Counted from the first letter of the stretch, positions 39,930 to 49,680 are shown. The stretch: 62,663 nucleotides of DNA from a bacterium (GCA_023145965.1 JAGLDC010000037.1:1-62663), one strand, 5' to 3'. Numbers and translations: made by a program. The notes: generated from the sequence alone by a model not told the origin.

Positions 39930-40532
39930 TTGTCGAATACTAAAAGTAAAATAACTCTAATTGCGCTTACAATCCTGATTGTTTCAGTTCCATCTATGAT
40001 TGCATGCGGGTTCATCCCGTTTGCTTATAGGTTCTGGCTATTTTCGTTTATTGCGGTGTTTTTGGTGCTCATATGCTTTACTCAAGGGATAGGAATAAAA
40101 AAGCTTGGTCTTCGTTTTGATAATCTAAGGCAATCCTTAATATGGAATACTATTGCTTTACTTCTTGTGCTAGCTTTTATTTTTGCAATATTTGCAGAAA
40201 ATATTTTTCAACGGCAGGAAAAGGAGTTTTTTAACCATTTCTATTTGATATATGTATTGCTGATTGTTCCCGTGCAGGAATTCATTTTTCGAGGATTCGT
40301 TTTTGCTGAGTTGGATAAAGCCGGCATTAAAGGGCAGGCCGCACAGATTATAATTTCAGCAATTTTGTTCTCCTATGTTCATATAATTTACCGGAATCCC
40401 ATTTTTTTAGTGGCCACTTTTCTTCTCGGTATAATATGGGGAATAACCTATAACCGACACCCGAATATAATTGGAACTATGGCGTCTCATGCGATTATTG
40501 GTATAATATCTTTTTATCTTGGGATTGTTTAA
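39930..40532 (+). CDS. CPBP-family intramembrane glutamic endopeptidase (CAAX protease-like)
   Basis: TTG start. Multi-TM protein with motif 1 QEFIFRG, motif 2 FSYVH and motif 3 HAIIG. Confidence 0.75.
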   Translation: MSNTKSKITLIALTILIVSVPSMIACGFIPFAYRFWLFSFIAVFLVLICFTQGIGIKKLGLRFDNLRQSLIWNTIALLLVLAFIFAIFAENIFQRQEKEFFNHFYLIYVLLIVPVQEFIFRGFVFAELDKAGIKGQAAQIIISAILFSYVHIIYRNPIFLVATFLLGIIWGITYNRHPNIIGTMASHAIIGIISFYLGIV

Positions 40533-40560
40533 AACAAATTAGGACTAGTTAGGACTAGTA

Positions 40561-40779
40561 ATGATAGTATTCGAAATTGACGGCGAATTTATTGAGTTAT
40601 TCAAACTGCTCAAGGCCGAAGGCCTTTGCGAGAATGGTGCCCAGGCGAAAGCGGCGGTCAGTTCTGGTGAAGTTCTGGTTGGGGGCCAGGTCGAAACCCG
40701 TAAAAGACATAAGCTTCGTCCCGGGGTAATCGTCGAATATGCGGGGGAAACGATAAAAATTTCAAAAAAAATCGAATAA
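40561..40779 (+). CDS. S4-domain RNA-binding protein (YbcJ-like)
   Basis: 72 aa. LFKLLKAEGLCENGAQAKAAVSSGEVLVGGQVETRKRHKLRPGVIVEY fits the small S4/YbcJ family. Confidence 0.75.
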   Translation: MIVFEIDGEFIELFKLLKAEGLCENGAQAKAAVSSGEVLVGGQVETRKRHKLRPGVIVEYAGETIKISKKIE

Positions 40780-40842
40780 ATCCCATAGGTTAGTTTATAG
40801 CCTTATCGAGAAGACAATAAATTTACTCGAAAGGGGAAAATT

Positions 40843-41079
40843 GTGGTAAACGGAACTGACTTACTGGGTGCAGGGCTTGGAGCAGGGCTAATAGTGCTTA
40901 TCGTAGCATTGGTTTTGATTGAATTAGTGCTAAAGGGTATTGCGCTTTGGAAATCAGCCAGAATCGGTCAAACCGGCTGGTTTGTTTGCTTATTGATATT
41001 TAATACTGCCGGTTTATTGCCTTTGATTTATCTTCTAGCGGTTGCTAAACCAATTGAAAAAAGGCTCTCGCGAGAATAA
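40843..41079 (+). CDS. Small 2-TM membrane protein (DUF5652-like)
   Basis: GTG start behind AAAGGGGA. KGIALWKSARIGQTGWFVCLLIFNTAGLLPLIYL resembles the DUF5652 core (recalled from memory). Confidence 0.5.
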   Translation: MVNGTDLLGAGLGAGLIVLIVALVLIELVLKGIALWKSARIGQTGWFVCLLIFNTAGLLPLIYLLAVAKPIEKRLSRE

Positions 41080-41092
41080 CCCTTTCGCGGAT

Positions 41093-41124
41093 AAAAAGGC
41101 CTCCGAATTTTCGGAGGCCTTTTT
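41093..41124. terminator. Bidirectional Rho-independent terminator between convergent genes
   Basis: AAAAA-GGCCTCCGA-attt-TCGGAGGCC-TTTTT: a perfect 9-bp GC-rich stem flanked by an A-run and a T-run, between the stops at 41079 (+) and 41142 (-). Confidence 0.8.
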
Positions 41125-41141
41125 AAACAGGTTTGTCTGGG

Positions 41142-41816
41142 TTATTCTTTAACGCCTTTATCGCCGAAGAAGACTCCCAGTTCGAAGAAAATGCCGCCCA
41201 TTTCCGAAGGCTCGAAGGTTTTTTCAACAGTATCTCCGTCGGCTTCGATAAACCAGAATTTGCCTTCATCGCCTGCAAAAGGCATATGGTAACCAGTTGT
41301 AAGCTCGACTCCAACCGGTCCTAAGTCATAGGCTGCTGAAACCTGCGGGCGAATGAAGCCATAAAACGACATCTCTCCGTCATTGTCACCATTGTCGTCG
41401 TTGATGAATGTAATGATGGAGCCTCCGCCCACGGCGAGGCCGCCGGATAAATCTAGAGGCCCAAAGGTTGCATAAACTTCAGGTAGAACCGCAAGACGAG
41501 CATCGCCAAACCCGACACCGGATTCATCTTCGCTCATCACATCTTCGGAAGGCTCGCCTTTGGCATCAAAATAGCCCCCGGAGAGAATTCCACCGATTCT
41601 AAGGAAACGGTTAAGGACTCCCCATCCATGAATATCGAGGACGAGTTCATTTGTTGAGGAAAGTTCCTCATCTGGTATCATTGCTTCGTATGTTTCTTTC
41701 GCCGCTGTAGCATCGTTGAGCTGGTATCCAAAACTTATACTTGCTCCACCGCCCTTGTCTGCGAAAGCAACATGTGCGAGAAAAATCATTCCCATAATAA
41801 TGAGAGTTTTCTTCAT
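41142..41816 (-). CDS. Secreted hypothetical protein, probable small OM beta-barrel
   Basis: Signal peptide (HVAFADKGG), Gly-rich alternating beta pattern. No family recognised. Confidence 0.45.
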   Translation of the reverse strand: MKKTLIIMGMIFLAHVAFADKGGGASISFGYQLNDATAAKETYEAMIPDEELSSTNELVLDIHGWGVLNRFLRIGGILSGGYFDAKGEPSEDVMSEDESGVGFGDARLAVLPEVYATFGPLDLSGGLAVGGGSIITFINDDNGDNDGEMSFYGFIRPQVSAAYDLGPVGVELTTGYHMPFAGDEGKFWFIEADGDTVEKTFEPSEMGGIFFELGVFFGDKGVKE

Positions 41817-42128
41817 TTCGTCCCCTTTCTTTGAAGCTACAAGCTAATTGCCTATCTTTACAAACTTATTATATGGCTATTTTTATGCAAGTTTTTTTAA
41901 AAAATAATACTCTTTAAAAATAGGTTGTTAACATTAGTGAAAGAATAATCGATGGTTTCGTCCTTTATGATTATATATTGGAAAAGGGATTTTTTTGTGA
42001 TTTAACTTATGGCATCTTTAAGGCGAAAGCTTTTGTTTACTGTGTTTTTAATCTAATACAATATCATCGAACTTCAGACTTTTCTAAAAGATACTTTTAT
42101 TGTTTGTTTTTCTAAATCCAAATTCCCC

Positions 42129-42157
42129 TTGACTTTTATTGTAGTGGAAATTAAATT
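42129..42157 (+). promoter_or_regulatory. Possible sigma70 promoter (TTGACT-17 nt-TAAATT)
   Basis: Hexamers with 17-nt spacing about 95 nt upstream of the AAGGAG-ATG at 42252, inside a 435-bp AT-rich divergent intergenic region. Confidence 0.35.
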
Positions 42158-42251
42158 CGTTTATTAAAATTCGAAGTATGCTGACATAAGCGCGTAGTGA
42201 ATTTCGCGTTTTGGTTATTGTTAGGATTTTGTTAAAGTCAAAGGAGCTGAT

Positions 42252-43265
42252 ATGACATTAAGGGGAGATTTTTTCTTATTCTCCGTTTTCCTGCTCTTAA
42301 TCTTCGCTGCGTTGACAGCGAGTTCTACGCCTCCGGTTCCGGTTATGTTTGCACCGGCCGAAAGCGTTATTACTACATGCGAGGACGAAGAGGTTCACAT
42401 CGACCTCACGAGCGGTAGCGATATCGACATTTCGACAATTGTCTTTTGGGTGAATAGCGATAGTTTTACCCTGGACGACGACGAGCTTCAACTCGTTAGC
42501 GACACGCTTTATTTCAGACCTAGCGGTTTCTATACTTATCAAACCGGTAATATAACCGTTTGCCTCGATAGCATTAGCGATACTATCGGTGTTTGGTCGG
42601 ATGAGTATTGTTGGGATTTCTTTGTCGATCTCGAACCTCCGATTATGAGCAATGCTTCACCGATGAGTCCCCCCTCGATATCGGCCTTCAATTTCGACAT
42701 CGAGATGGATATTGCCGACTTATTGCTTCCGGTAGATTCGACAACAATAGTTGTGCAAATTATTGCCGGCGACGAGACGACTATGGTCGATTACGACGAA
42801 AGCTATGTCGAATGGAATAATCCGACCCTTAGCTTTGATGCTCAAAGAACCGGCGCGATCTTCGAGGATGGCCAACAGGTAACTGTCCGCCTTATTGTGC
42901 GCGACCTTCCGCCTGTCACATCCGACTGTGCTGGCAATCTTCTCGACACATCGTTCACATTTACTCTTGCGGAAACGCCGTGTGATCGGTCACCAAATCC
43001 TATAACGCCTGGATTGCAAGACAATGTTAATGATGAGGTAATCTTTCAGTTTCCGAATATGCGCAAGGCCAATTCGGAGATACATGTCTTCATTTACGAT
43101 CTTAAAAATAATCAAGTTGCAGACATCGATCAGCCAATCTCAGGCGAATGGCGCTGGGATGGTTTGGACACCGCTGGTGAACAACTCGGTCAAGGGACTT
43201 ATATTTACTTGATCAAAGTGGACGATGAAACGCAATGTTCTGGAACCATTAATATCGCCCGATAG
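42252..43265 (+). CDS. Secreted Ig-like-domain protein with FlgD-Ig / T9SS type-B (CHU_C)-like C-terminal domain
   Basis: Signal peptide. The C-terminal ~90 aa are PNPITPGLQDNVNDEVIFQF...IHVFIYDLKNNQV...WRWDGLDTAGEQLGQGTYIYLIKV...GTINIAR. Compare the FTPNGDGINDxF...IFNRWG...WDG...GTYYY pattern. Confidence 0.6.
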   Translation: MTLRGDFFLFSVFLLLIFAALTASSTPPVPVMFAPAESVITTCEDEEVHIDLTSGSDIDISTIVFWVNSDSFTLDDDELQLVSDTLYFRPSGFYTYQTGNITVCLDSISDTIGVWSDEYCWDFFVDLEPPIMSNASPMSPPSISAFNFDIEMDIADLLLPVDSTTIVVQIIAGDETTMVDYDESYVEWNNPTLSFDAQRTGAIFEDGQQVTVRLIVRDLPPVTSDCAGNLLDTSFTFTLAETPCDRSPNPITPGLQDNVNDEVIFQFPNMRKANSEIHVFIYDLKNNQVADIDQPISGEWRWDGLDTAGEQLGQGTYIYLIKVDDETQCSGTINIAR

Positions 43266-43273
43266 GAGGGAAA

Positions 43274-46165
43274 ATGAGAATTAATAGGTATCTTATTGTA
43301 GCGATAGTTTTAGCAATGATGGTTTCTCCGCTCATTGCGCAAGTCGATCAGCTTGGCGCACGTCCATTGGGCGCGGGCGGTGCATATACAGCTATGTCGG
43401 CCGATGCTAACTCTTCAGTCTGGAACCCGGCCTCGATGGAGTCTTTCCGCAATCTTGCTTTTACTGCGAGTTTTGCGAGGCTCTATTTAGGTGTCGAAAA
43501 TGATGGTCTGAACGAGGGCTTTGCTAGCTTGGTCAATCATCTCGGTTTATATGGTCAGTATGGTAGTTACGGCATTTCATTTGCCCAATACTTCTCTGAT
43601 GTCTATAGCCAGATGCAGGTGACTTTGGGTTACGGCAAAAGGCTTTATGGCACTGTTGACGGAAATCAATTTTCTGTCGGAGCCAATTTAAAGCTGCTTC
43701 GCAGCGGTTTTAATGATGCTAATTTTTATAATTTCGATCCAACCGATGAGGTGTTCAGTTCGAGCTACAACAGCATGTCATATTCGGCAGATGCCGGTTT
43801 GTTTTTCCGTCCGGCTAATTGGATAAGTGTTGGCGCGGTCGTTCAAGACCTTCTTCAGCCGGATGTTTCGATTTCCGGTTCAGGAGAGGATGCCGACAAG
43901 CTTCCTATGAAGGTTCGTGGTGGGCTGGCCTTTCATTATAAAGGCTTCCATCCGACCGTCGATATCGAGTATGCGATGCGAGAAATAAATGGCGAATCGG
44001 ACATGAAAATCCATGCTGGTATCGAGAAATGGTTCGGTAAGACCTTCGCCGTTCGCGCCGGCCTTAATCGAGATGAAGCGGCTCTCGGGCTTTCCTATAT
44101 GCATTTTGGCGAGCGCCTTGGATGGGGAATCGATTATGCAGTTCTCTATCCCGCACTTAACGAGATGGCCTCGGATTTCTTAACCACACATCGAGTTGCG
44201 GTTAATCTAACACTGGACCCTCCACCAGAACCGATACGCGACCTCGAGTTGTCCGGTGAAGTTGTGGAGATTACGCCCAAGAGAGGCCTTATTGGCGGCG
44301 AGGTTGAGATTCGCACTATTATAGAAAACCGTGGCGAGATCGATGAAAATGGAGTTCGGGTAGCTGTTTATTACCAGAATCAACTGGACGAATGGAACCT
44401 CGCTGTCCCGGTCGAAAAATACGACTTCGGCGTGGCCGAAAGGGTTGCTCTTTCCTGGAAATGGACGCCTCCCGCCAAAGGACATTACACGATCTTCGTT
44501 AATATCGATGATAAGGGTGATAGGATCCCGGATATTCGCGGAAGGGTTCCTGAAGATGATGAAAGCAACAACACAGGCATGGGCGAATTCGATGTGTTCC
44601 TCACTCCTGAGGGCAACATCAAACCGCGCGATGAGCAGCTCAAGGTTAGTAAGCTTACGCTTTATCAAGAGGAAGAGCCACTTATTCCTGTGGTTTTCTA
44701 TGGGAAGGAATCTGCGGATGTTGCTCAGCGCTATGATGGCATGCTTGCGACCGTGGCCGAACGACTCAAGACGAATCCCGATGTTTTAATTTATCTTCGC
44801 GGTTATTATGATGAGCTTTCCGAGCCTGGAGATAATAAAGAAAGCTTGGCAATTTCGAGAGCTCGTGGGGTTGAAACAAAGCTTAAGGCTATGGGTGCAC
44901 CTGCGGCTCAGGTTAAAGTGATCGATAGCGGTTATTTCATGGGAAAATCTCGTGCCGGCAATCTTAGCAGCCAATGGATTGCACAGGATAAGAAACTCAT
45001 GTCTGCGGAAAACCGCAGAGTGGAGCTTTCTGCATGGTTCCCGCAGGGCGTCGATTTCTTGGCCGAAGTTTCCTTAAACGGAAGCAGCCTCGGCACCGAT
45101 GGCATCACTGCGCTCGGTGGGCAGATGACTGCGATTCAAAATATCCTGAACCGCAATCCAGAGGCCATTATTCTTGTCGAGAGCTTCTATAATTCAGAGG
45201 ATGAAGCCTCTGCCGACCAAGGCTTTAAAAAAGCTATGGAGATTGGCAGGTATATCCGCGGGCAACTCGGAGAAGACCTCGGAGAACGCATTAAGATACA
45301 TACTTCCTTTGAACCTGAAGCCGAAGTTGAAAAAATCCTCGTTTTCCCGAATTCAGAGGGTGTAATCTGGCGTCCGAAGGTCGGGGACAGAGTGTTCACC
45401 GATTATCAGGTAGAAGGCACAGAGGAAAACCTTGTTGAGATAGATGCCGCAGTGGATGCTGGCGTGGATAGCTTCGGTGTGGTTATCGTTAACGAAAAAG
45501 GCGATGTAATCCGCACGCTTGCCTATGGCAAGGGGGAAATTCCATCTGGTCTTGCATGGGATTGGCGCGATAACTCCGGCGAGCTTCTGGATTTCGACAA
45601 TAAATATTTTGCAAAGCTCGACATTCGCGATAATATGGGAGAGACTTTCCTCACATATTCCGACACAATGGAGATTCAAGTGACACACCAGGCTAAACGC
45701 ATCGAGAGCCTTGTTATTGTTCTCTTCCGTTTCGATGAGGATGTCCCCGAATCCAAGTTCCTCGAAACCCGTGTTGAATATGTTGCACGTCGATTTATCG
45801 AGAGAGCGGATAAAAAGAACACCAGCGTTATGGCGCTAGTTACTGGCCATGCAGACTCTATTGGCCCTGAGTATGATAATATTGCACTTTCCAAGAAGCG
45901 GTCTGAGAGAGAGTTGAACACTCTGAAGAATTACATGATGTATCAACTCGATTTCGATACCAAAGACCAACTCGATAAATGGCTTTCGGACAGGCATGTT
46001 ACGCTCGAGGCTAAAGGCTTTGGCGAATCAAAGCCCTATGAGATACTTCGCTGGACAGGTGAGACGGTCGAACGTGTTCTTCTTGGGGATAATGCTTATC
46101 CCGAGGGTAGAACAGTTAACCGCAGGGTTCTTTTGGAAGTGGAAAGCAGAAGAATCACCGAATAG
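43274..46165 (+). CDS. PorV/PorQ-like outer-membrane barrel fused to CARDB, FlgD-Ig-like and multiple OmpA_C-like peptidoglycan-binding domains
   Basis: AGGAGG SD 8 nt after the upstream stop, then a signal peptide. N-terminal GARPLGAGGAYTAMSADANSSVWNPASM barrel motif (~290 aa). CARDB-like segment (GGEVEIRTIIENRGE...NNTG). OmpA-like units ending ENRRVELSAW and GRTVNRRVLLEV. Confidence 0.7.
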   Translation: MRINRYLIVAIVLAMMVSPLIAQVDQLGARPLGAGGAYTAMSADANSSVWNPASMESFRNLAFTASFARLYLGVENDGLNEGFASLVNHLGLYGQYGSYGISFAQYFSDVYSQMQVTLGYGKRLYGTVDGNQFSVGANLKLLRSGFNDANFYNFDPTDEVFSSSYNSMSYSADAGLFFRPANWISVGAVVQDLLQPDVSISGSGEDADKLPMKVRGGLAFHYKGFHPTVDIEYAMREINGESDMKIHAGIEKWFGKTFAVRAGLNRDEAALGLSYMHFGERLGWGIDYAVLYPALNEMASDFLTTHRVAVNLTLDPPPEPIRDLELSGEVVEITPKRGLIGGEVEIRTIIENRGEIDENGVRVAVYYQNQLDEWNLAVPVEKYDFGVAERVALSWKWTPPAKGHYTIFVNIDDKGDRIPDIRGRVPEDDESNNTGMGEFDVFLTPEGNIKPRDEQLKVSKLTLYQEEEPLIPVVFYGKESADVAQRYDGMLATVAERLKTNPDVLIYLRGYYDELSEPGDNKESLAISRARGVETKLKAMGAPAAQVKVIDSGYFMGKSRAGNLSSQWIAQDKKLMSAENRRVELSAWFPQGVDFLAEVSLNGSSLGTDGITALGGQMTAIQNILNRNPEAIILVESFYNSEDEASADQGFKKAMEIGRYIRGQLGEDLGERIKIHTSFEPEAEVEKILVFPNSEGVIWRPKVGDRVFTDYQVEGTEENLVEIDAAVDAGVDSFGVVIVNEKGDVIRTLAYGKGEIPSGLAWDWRDNSGELLDFDNKYFAKLDIRDNMGETFLTYSDTMEIQVTHQAKRIESLVIVLFRFDEDVPESKFLETRVEYVARRFIERADKKNTSVMALVTGHADSIGPEYDNIALSKKRSERELNTLKNYMMYQLDFDTKDQLDKWLSDRHVTLEAKGFGESKPYEILRWTGETVERVLLGDNAYPEGRTVNRRVLLEVESRRITE

Positions 46166-46187
46166 GAATCAAATATAATAATTAGAG

Positions 46188-46213
46188 GGCGGCTTTTTTA
46201 GCCGCCTTTTTTT
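46188..46213 (+). terminator. Rho-independent terminator
   Basis: GGCGGCT-ttttt-AGCCGCC followed by TTTTTTT, 22 nt after the stop at 46165. Confidence 0.75.
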
Positions 46214-46308
46214 ATTTTATAGCCAATAGTATAAAAAATATAGGTTTTGTATTGAATTTACATTATGTATATTAGTGAGTACTTTAAATATGCTACTTGG
46301 AGGTTGCA

Positions 46309-48081
46309 ATGTTTAGGATAGTTGTTGTGGCTGTTTTATTTTTCTTGTTTTTCATCCCCGTGCTTTTTGCCAACACGACATATGTCTTTGGTGGGGAGAT
46401 CGCTAGCGGGATTTGGATTAAGGAATTTTCTCCTTATAAAATTCTAGATTCAATAAGGTTATCGAATGGAAACGGCCTTTATATAGAACATGGTTGCGAG
46501 CTTTTATTTGAAGATAATGCAGCTTTTATTATTTCTTCAGGTTCAAAATTGATTGCCGGAATTTCGAGATGTCCCGGAGATCCCACTGATTCGGTGTGGT
46601 TTAAATATGCGGGGGATGAGGATGATACTCTCGTCGGTTGGGATGGTCTCCGCTTTCAAGACGCTGCTAAATGCACACTCAGAAATTCCCACATTTCGGG
46701 TGTTGTTATTCGTGAGCCAGCCGGATATGGTGCTATCGTTAATAACAATTCAGAGCTAATTATAGAAAATTGTTTAATTCAAGATAACATAGGTGGAGGT
46801 TCAGGTGGAGGAGGGGTTTATCTCGAATCTACACGACCATCGTGTATTCGTGATTGCGATATTTTGAACAATAAATCTTTTGGGCATGGTGGTGGATTAT
46901 ACGTCAGTGGCACAGATGTTGTCTGTATCGATGGTAATTTTATTGACAACAATGAATTGCTTGACGGTTCTAAAGATGGCGGAGGGGCTTATATAAGCGG
47001 TTCAGTGTTGTTTAGCGATAATACTGTTACATGGAATAAGTCATTTCATGATGGTGGGGGTTTGTTTCTTAATAATTTTAGTGGAAATGTTATAAGGCCA
47101 ATTCTTCACTTTAATCTCGCTTATCGTCGAGGAGGAGCACTTGCTATTGCGGGTGGCGAAGCGGAGATTATTCAAGCTGATATTTGCTATAATTATTCTC
47201 TAAGTCTCGAAGGCGCTGGAGTTTATACTCTTAATAACGGTGTTGCTACTTTTATAAATTCGATTATTGCTCATAATGATGGCGGTGGATTATGGTGCAC
47301 TTCAACATTGATGGATGATTGTATTAAGGTTATCAATTCGACGATTGCAAATAATTATTCCGGCCCGGGAATACATATTGGATTCACATACGGGGGTGCT
47401 GACCTACTTCTTTTTAACTCGGTTGTTGCATACAACTCCCGGAGCTACGCCGCATGTGAGCAAATACTTCTCGAATCCACCTCGAATCTTTGGGTTGATC
47501 ATTCGTTTGTCAATGACTTATCCGCTGTATGTAATAATGGTTCGGGTTCCATAAATATGATATATCCGGATCACTTCATTTTCGGTTCACCGAACTTTGT
47601 TGATACAACCGAATGCAACCTAGGATTCACCCCCGGTTGCGAGTCGGGGCTTTCCCCGTTAATAGATGCTGGCGCTCCCTACACAATATACAACAGGGAC
47701 ACAGTTTGGGCGCCTTTAGATGATTATATCGGGAATGTTCGCTATATGGATTTCGCCTACGATCTAGGAGCAATTGAAAACAGTTGCCTTGGGATGCTCG
47801 AAAGGGGAGATTTACCTGAATCAAATTCTCTTATATCAGCGAGACCTAATCCGTTCAATTCAACTTTGGCAATAGAGTTTCAAGTTGCAAGAGAATCGGA
47901 AGTTTCAATAGATATATTCGATGTGTCAGGGAGAAAGGTCGAGACGATTTTTTGCGGCAGACTGACTCGAGGATATCATATCGAGAAATGGCAATCGAAC
48001 GAACTATCGTCGGGTGTCTATAATATAAAACTCGTTATTGGTGGCGAGATATTCCATGCCAGAGCGACTTTACTCAAGTAG
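46309..48081 (+). CDS. Right-handed beta-helix (Pmp-like GGx[IVL]/FxxN repeats) surface protein with T9SS type-A C-terminal sorting domain
   Basis: I prefer ATG 46309 (GGAGG + 5 nt) over the ORF-track TTG 46297. Signal peptide. Repeats GGGVYL, GGGLYV, GGGAYI, GGGLFL, GGALAI, GAGVYT, GGGLWC. Tail RPNPFNSTLAIEF...IDIFDVSGRKV...GVYNIKL...TLLK. Confidence 0.8.
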   Translation: MFRIVVVAVLFFLFFIPVLFANTTYVFGGEIASGIWIKEFSPYKILDSIRLSNGNGLYIEHGCELLFEDNAAFIISSGSKLIAGISRCPGDPTDSVWFKYAGDEDDTLVGWDGLRFQDAAKCTLRNSHISGVVIREPAGYGAIVNNNSELIIENCLIQDNIGGGSGGGGVYLESTRPSCIRDCDILNNKSFGHGGGLYVSGTDVVCIDGNFIDNNELLDGSKDGGGAYISGSVLFSDNTVTWNKSFHDGGGLFLNNFSGNVIRPILHFNLAYRRGGALAIAGGEAEIIQADICYNYSLSLEGAGVYTLNNGVATFINSIIAHNDGGGLWCTSTLMDDCIKVINSTIANNYSGPGIHIGFTYGGADLLLFNSVVAYNSRSYAACEQILLESTSNLWVDHSFVNDLSAVCNNGSGSINMIYPDHFIFGSPNFVDTTECNLGFTPGCESGLSPLIDAGAPYTIYNRDTVWAPLDDYIGNVRYMDFAYDLGAIENSCLGMLERGDLPESNSLISARPNPFNSTLAIEFQVARESEVSIDIFDVSGRKVETIFCGRLTRGYHIEKWQSNELSSGVYNIKLVIGGEIFHARATLLK

Positions 48082-48088
48082 GGTTGAA

Positions 48089-49147
48089 CTATTTAGAACG
48101 GTTTTCCCGTTCCTCATAGAAATTTTGAACATCTCCTCGGAAGCTTTTGCAGACGATTTCTACATGTCTGAGATATGGTTCTTTTTTTACTATCGGTGCG
48201 AAAAGTGAACCATCGACAATATATAGTCGATTTGTTATTGGTTCGGAAAAAACGTAGGATATTATCGGTCCTCCCATGGTTTTAACAGGATTCTCCCAAA
48301 GAGCGCGTATTTGCACTGCAGGTCGTCCTCCAATATAGACGCCCATCGATTCCGGCTCCATCTCTAAAGAAACGATATCTCCTTCGTAATAAATAGCGCA
48401 AAGGCTATCGCGGACTGACATCCAGCGATCGATTGAGAAATCCAACGAGGAATCAAGGGCTGTCCACCAGACGAATACCCATCGCTCGGGTTCGAGTGTT
48501 CTTAACCATATGAACCTTTTATCTGGGGTTCCTTTTTCCCAGGTCCAGAATCGAGGGACTCGGATTGCATAGCCATATTCTGAAGCGATGGAATCCTCGA
48601 GGGAGATTTGTTCGCTTTCGCCAAAGACCTTTCCAAAAAGCCAATAGGATATTCTGTCGTTGACTGAATTATTAAGCAATCTAAATAAATCATCGCCACC
48701 CAGAAACAATCTCGATTCAAGGTCTTTTTCTGTAGGTGCGGTAATTATTATTGTGAGCTGACCCGAAGCCCAGAGGTCTTTTTTTGCAATAATCCAATCG
48801 GAACCCGAAAGAACCATTTTCTTTGCATCTTCGGAAAGCGCCTCGCGAATGAACCTGCCCGCTGGCCCAGGAGATTCAAGGCTTGCAGCAATAATTGATG
48901 TTCGTGCATGAGTTAGCTTTTCGAATGTCGTTTCATCGACATATTCTAATTTAAATATCGTTTCATTTCTTGGGGTTACAATTGGGATTTCGACAGCCGA
49001 GGATAAAAGTGGGGAGATATTCCCAAGCTCCTCGGCATCGACGAGGGTGTATATTTTATTATAAGAACCGACGGCCTCTTTTTTAACATCACAAGCCAAT
49101 GTGAATAGAATAAAAAACATACAAAATATTATAGCCTTGGATTTCAT
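48089..49147 (-). CDS. Hypothetical lipoprotein (possibly DUF4837-like)
   Basis: Lipobox LFTLAC. 352 aa. The family guess is from memory only. Last gene of the thiD-PAP2-NUDIX operon. Confidence 0.5.
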   Translation of the reverse strand: MKSKAIIFCMFFILFTLACDVKKEAVGSYNKIYTLVDAEELGNISPLLSSAVEIPIVTPRNETIFKLEYVDETTFEKLTHARTSIIAASLESPGPAGRFIREALSEDAKKMVLSGSDWIIAKKDLWASGQLTIIITAPTEKDLESRLFLGGDDLFRLLNNSVNDRISYWLFGKVFGESEQISLEDSIASEYGYAIRVPRFWTWEKGTPDKRFIWLRTLEPERWVFVWWTALDSSLDFSIDRWMSVRDSLCAIYYEGDIVSLEMEPESMGVYIGGRPAVQIRALWENPVKTMGGPIISYVFSEPITNRLYIVDGSLFAPIVKKEPYLRHVEIVCKSFRGDVQNFYEERENRSK

Positions 49148-49680
49148 TATAATTCCCTGCTTACATTGGGTAAAAGCGTTCTAGAGAGCGATTCGATAGC
49201 TCTATTAAAAATCCTTCTATGGCTCGAAAAGACCAAACGAGGTGCAGAGTCTATATTAAACCATTTGGCATCGGCAATGTCGTCATTTGCCGAGGGTATG
49301 CCGTCAGTGGTGACCAAAAAACCGGCTACCATTACATTAGTATAAGTATTGCTTTTTTGACCCTCGGTCCCGAGATGGGAGATAATGTTGCCACGAAGAC
49401 CTGTTTCTTCGAGGAGTTCACGCAATGCTCCCTCTGAGGGTGTTTCATCTATCTCGACGAAACCCCCCGGAAGTGACCATTCACCAATGGAAGGCTCAAC
49501 TGCCCTCTTTGCTATTAGCACCTTTCCGGATTTATTGAAGGCCACCACACATGTTGCTGGAAGCGGGTTTTCGTAGATTGGTTTAGCGCATTTCTCACAA
49601 TAAAGGCGTGTTTTGTTATCGAATACAATTTCGGTAAGAGCACTTCCGCAATCGGGACAGAATTTAGGTCGCATGCGCAT
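49147..49680 (-). CDS. NUDIX hydrolase with N-terminal zinc ribbon
   Basis: CPDCGS...CEKC ribbon. Nudix box GGFVEIDETPSEGALRELLEETGL. Confidence 0.85.
   Translation of the reverse strand: MRMRPKFCPDCGSALTEIVFDNKTRLYCEKCAKPIYENPLPATCVVAFNKSGKVLIAKRAVEPSIGEWSLPGGFVEIDETPSEGALRELLEETGLRGNIISHLGTEGQKSNTYTNVMVAGFLVTTDGIPSANDDIADAKWFNIDSAPRLVFSSHRRIFNRAIESLSRTLLPNVSREL

Noticed and set aside
40539-40560. Tandem direct repeat TTAGGACTAG x2 immediately before the S4-domain gene.
   Set aside because: There are only two copies (20 nt). The repeat overlaps the AGGA ribosome-binding site of the downstream gene. It is too short to call a CRISPR, microsatellite or regulatory array.
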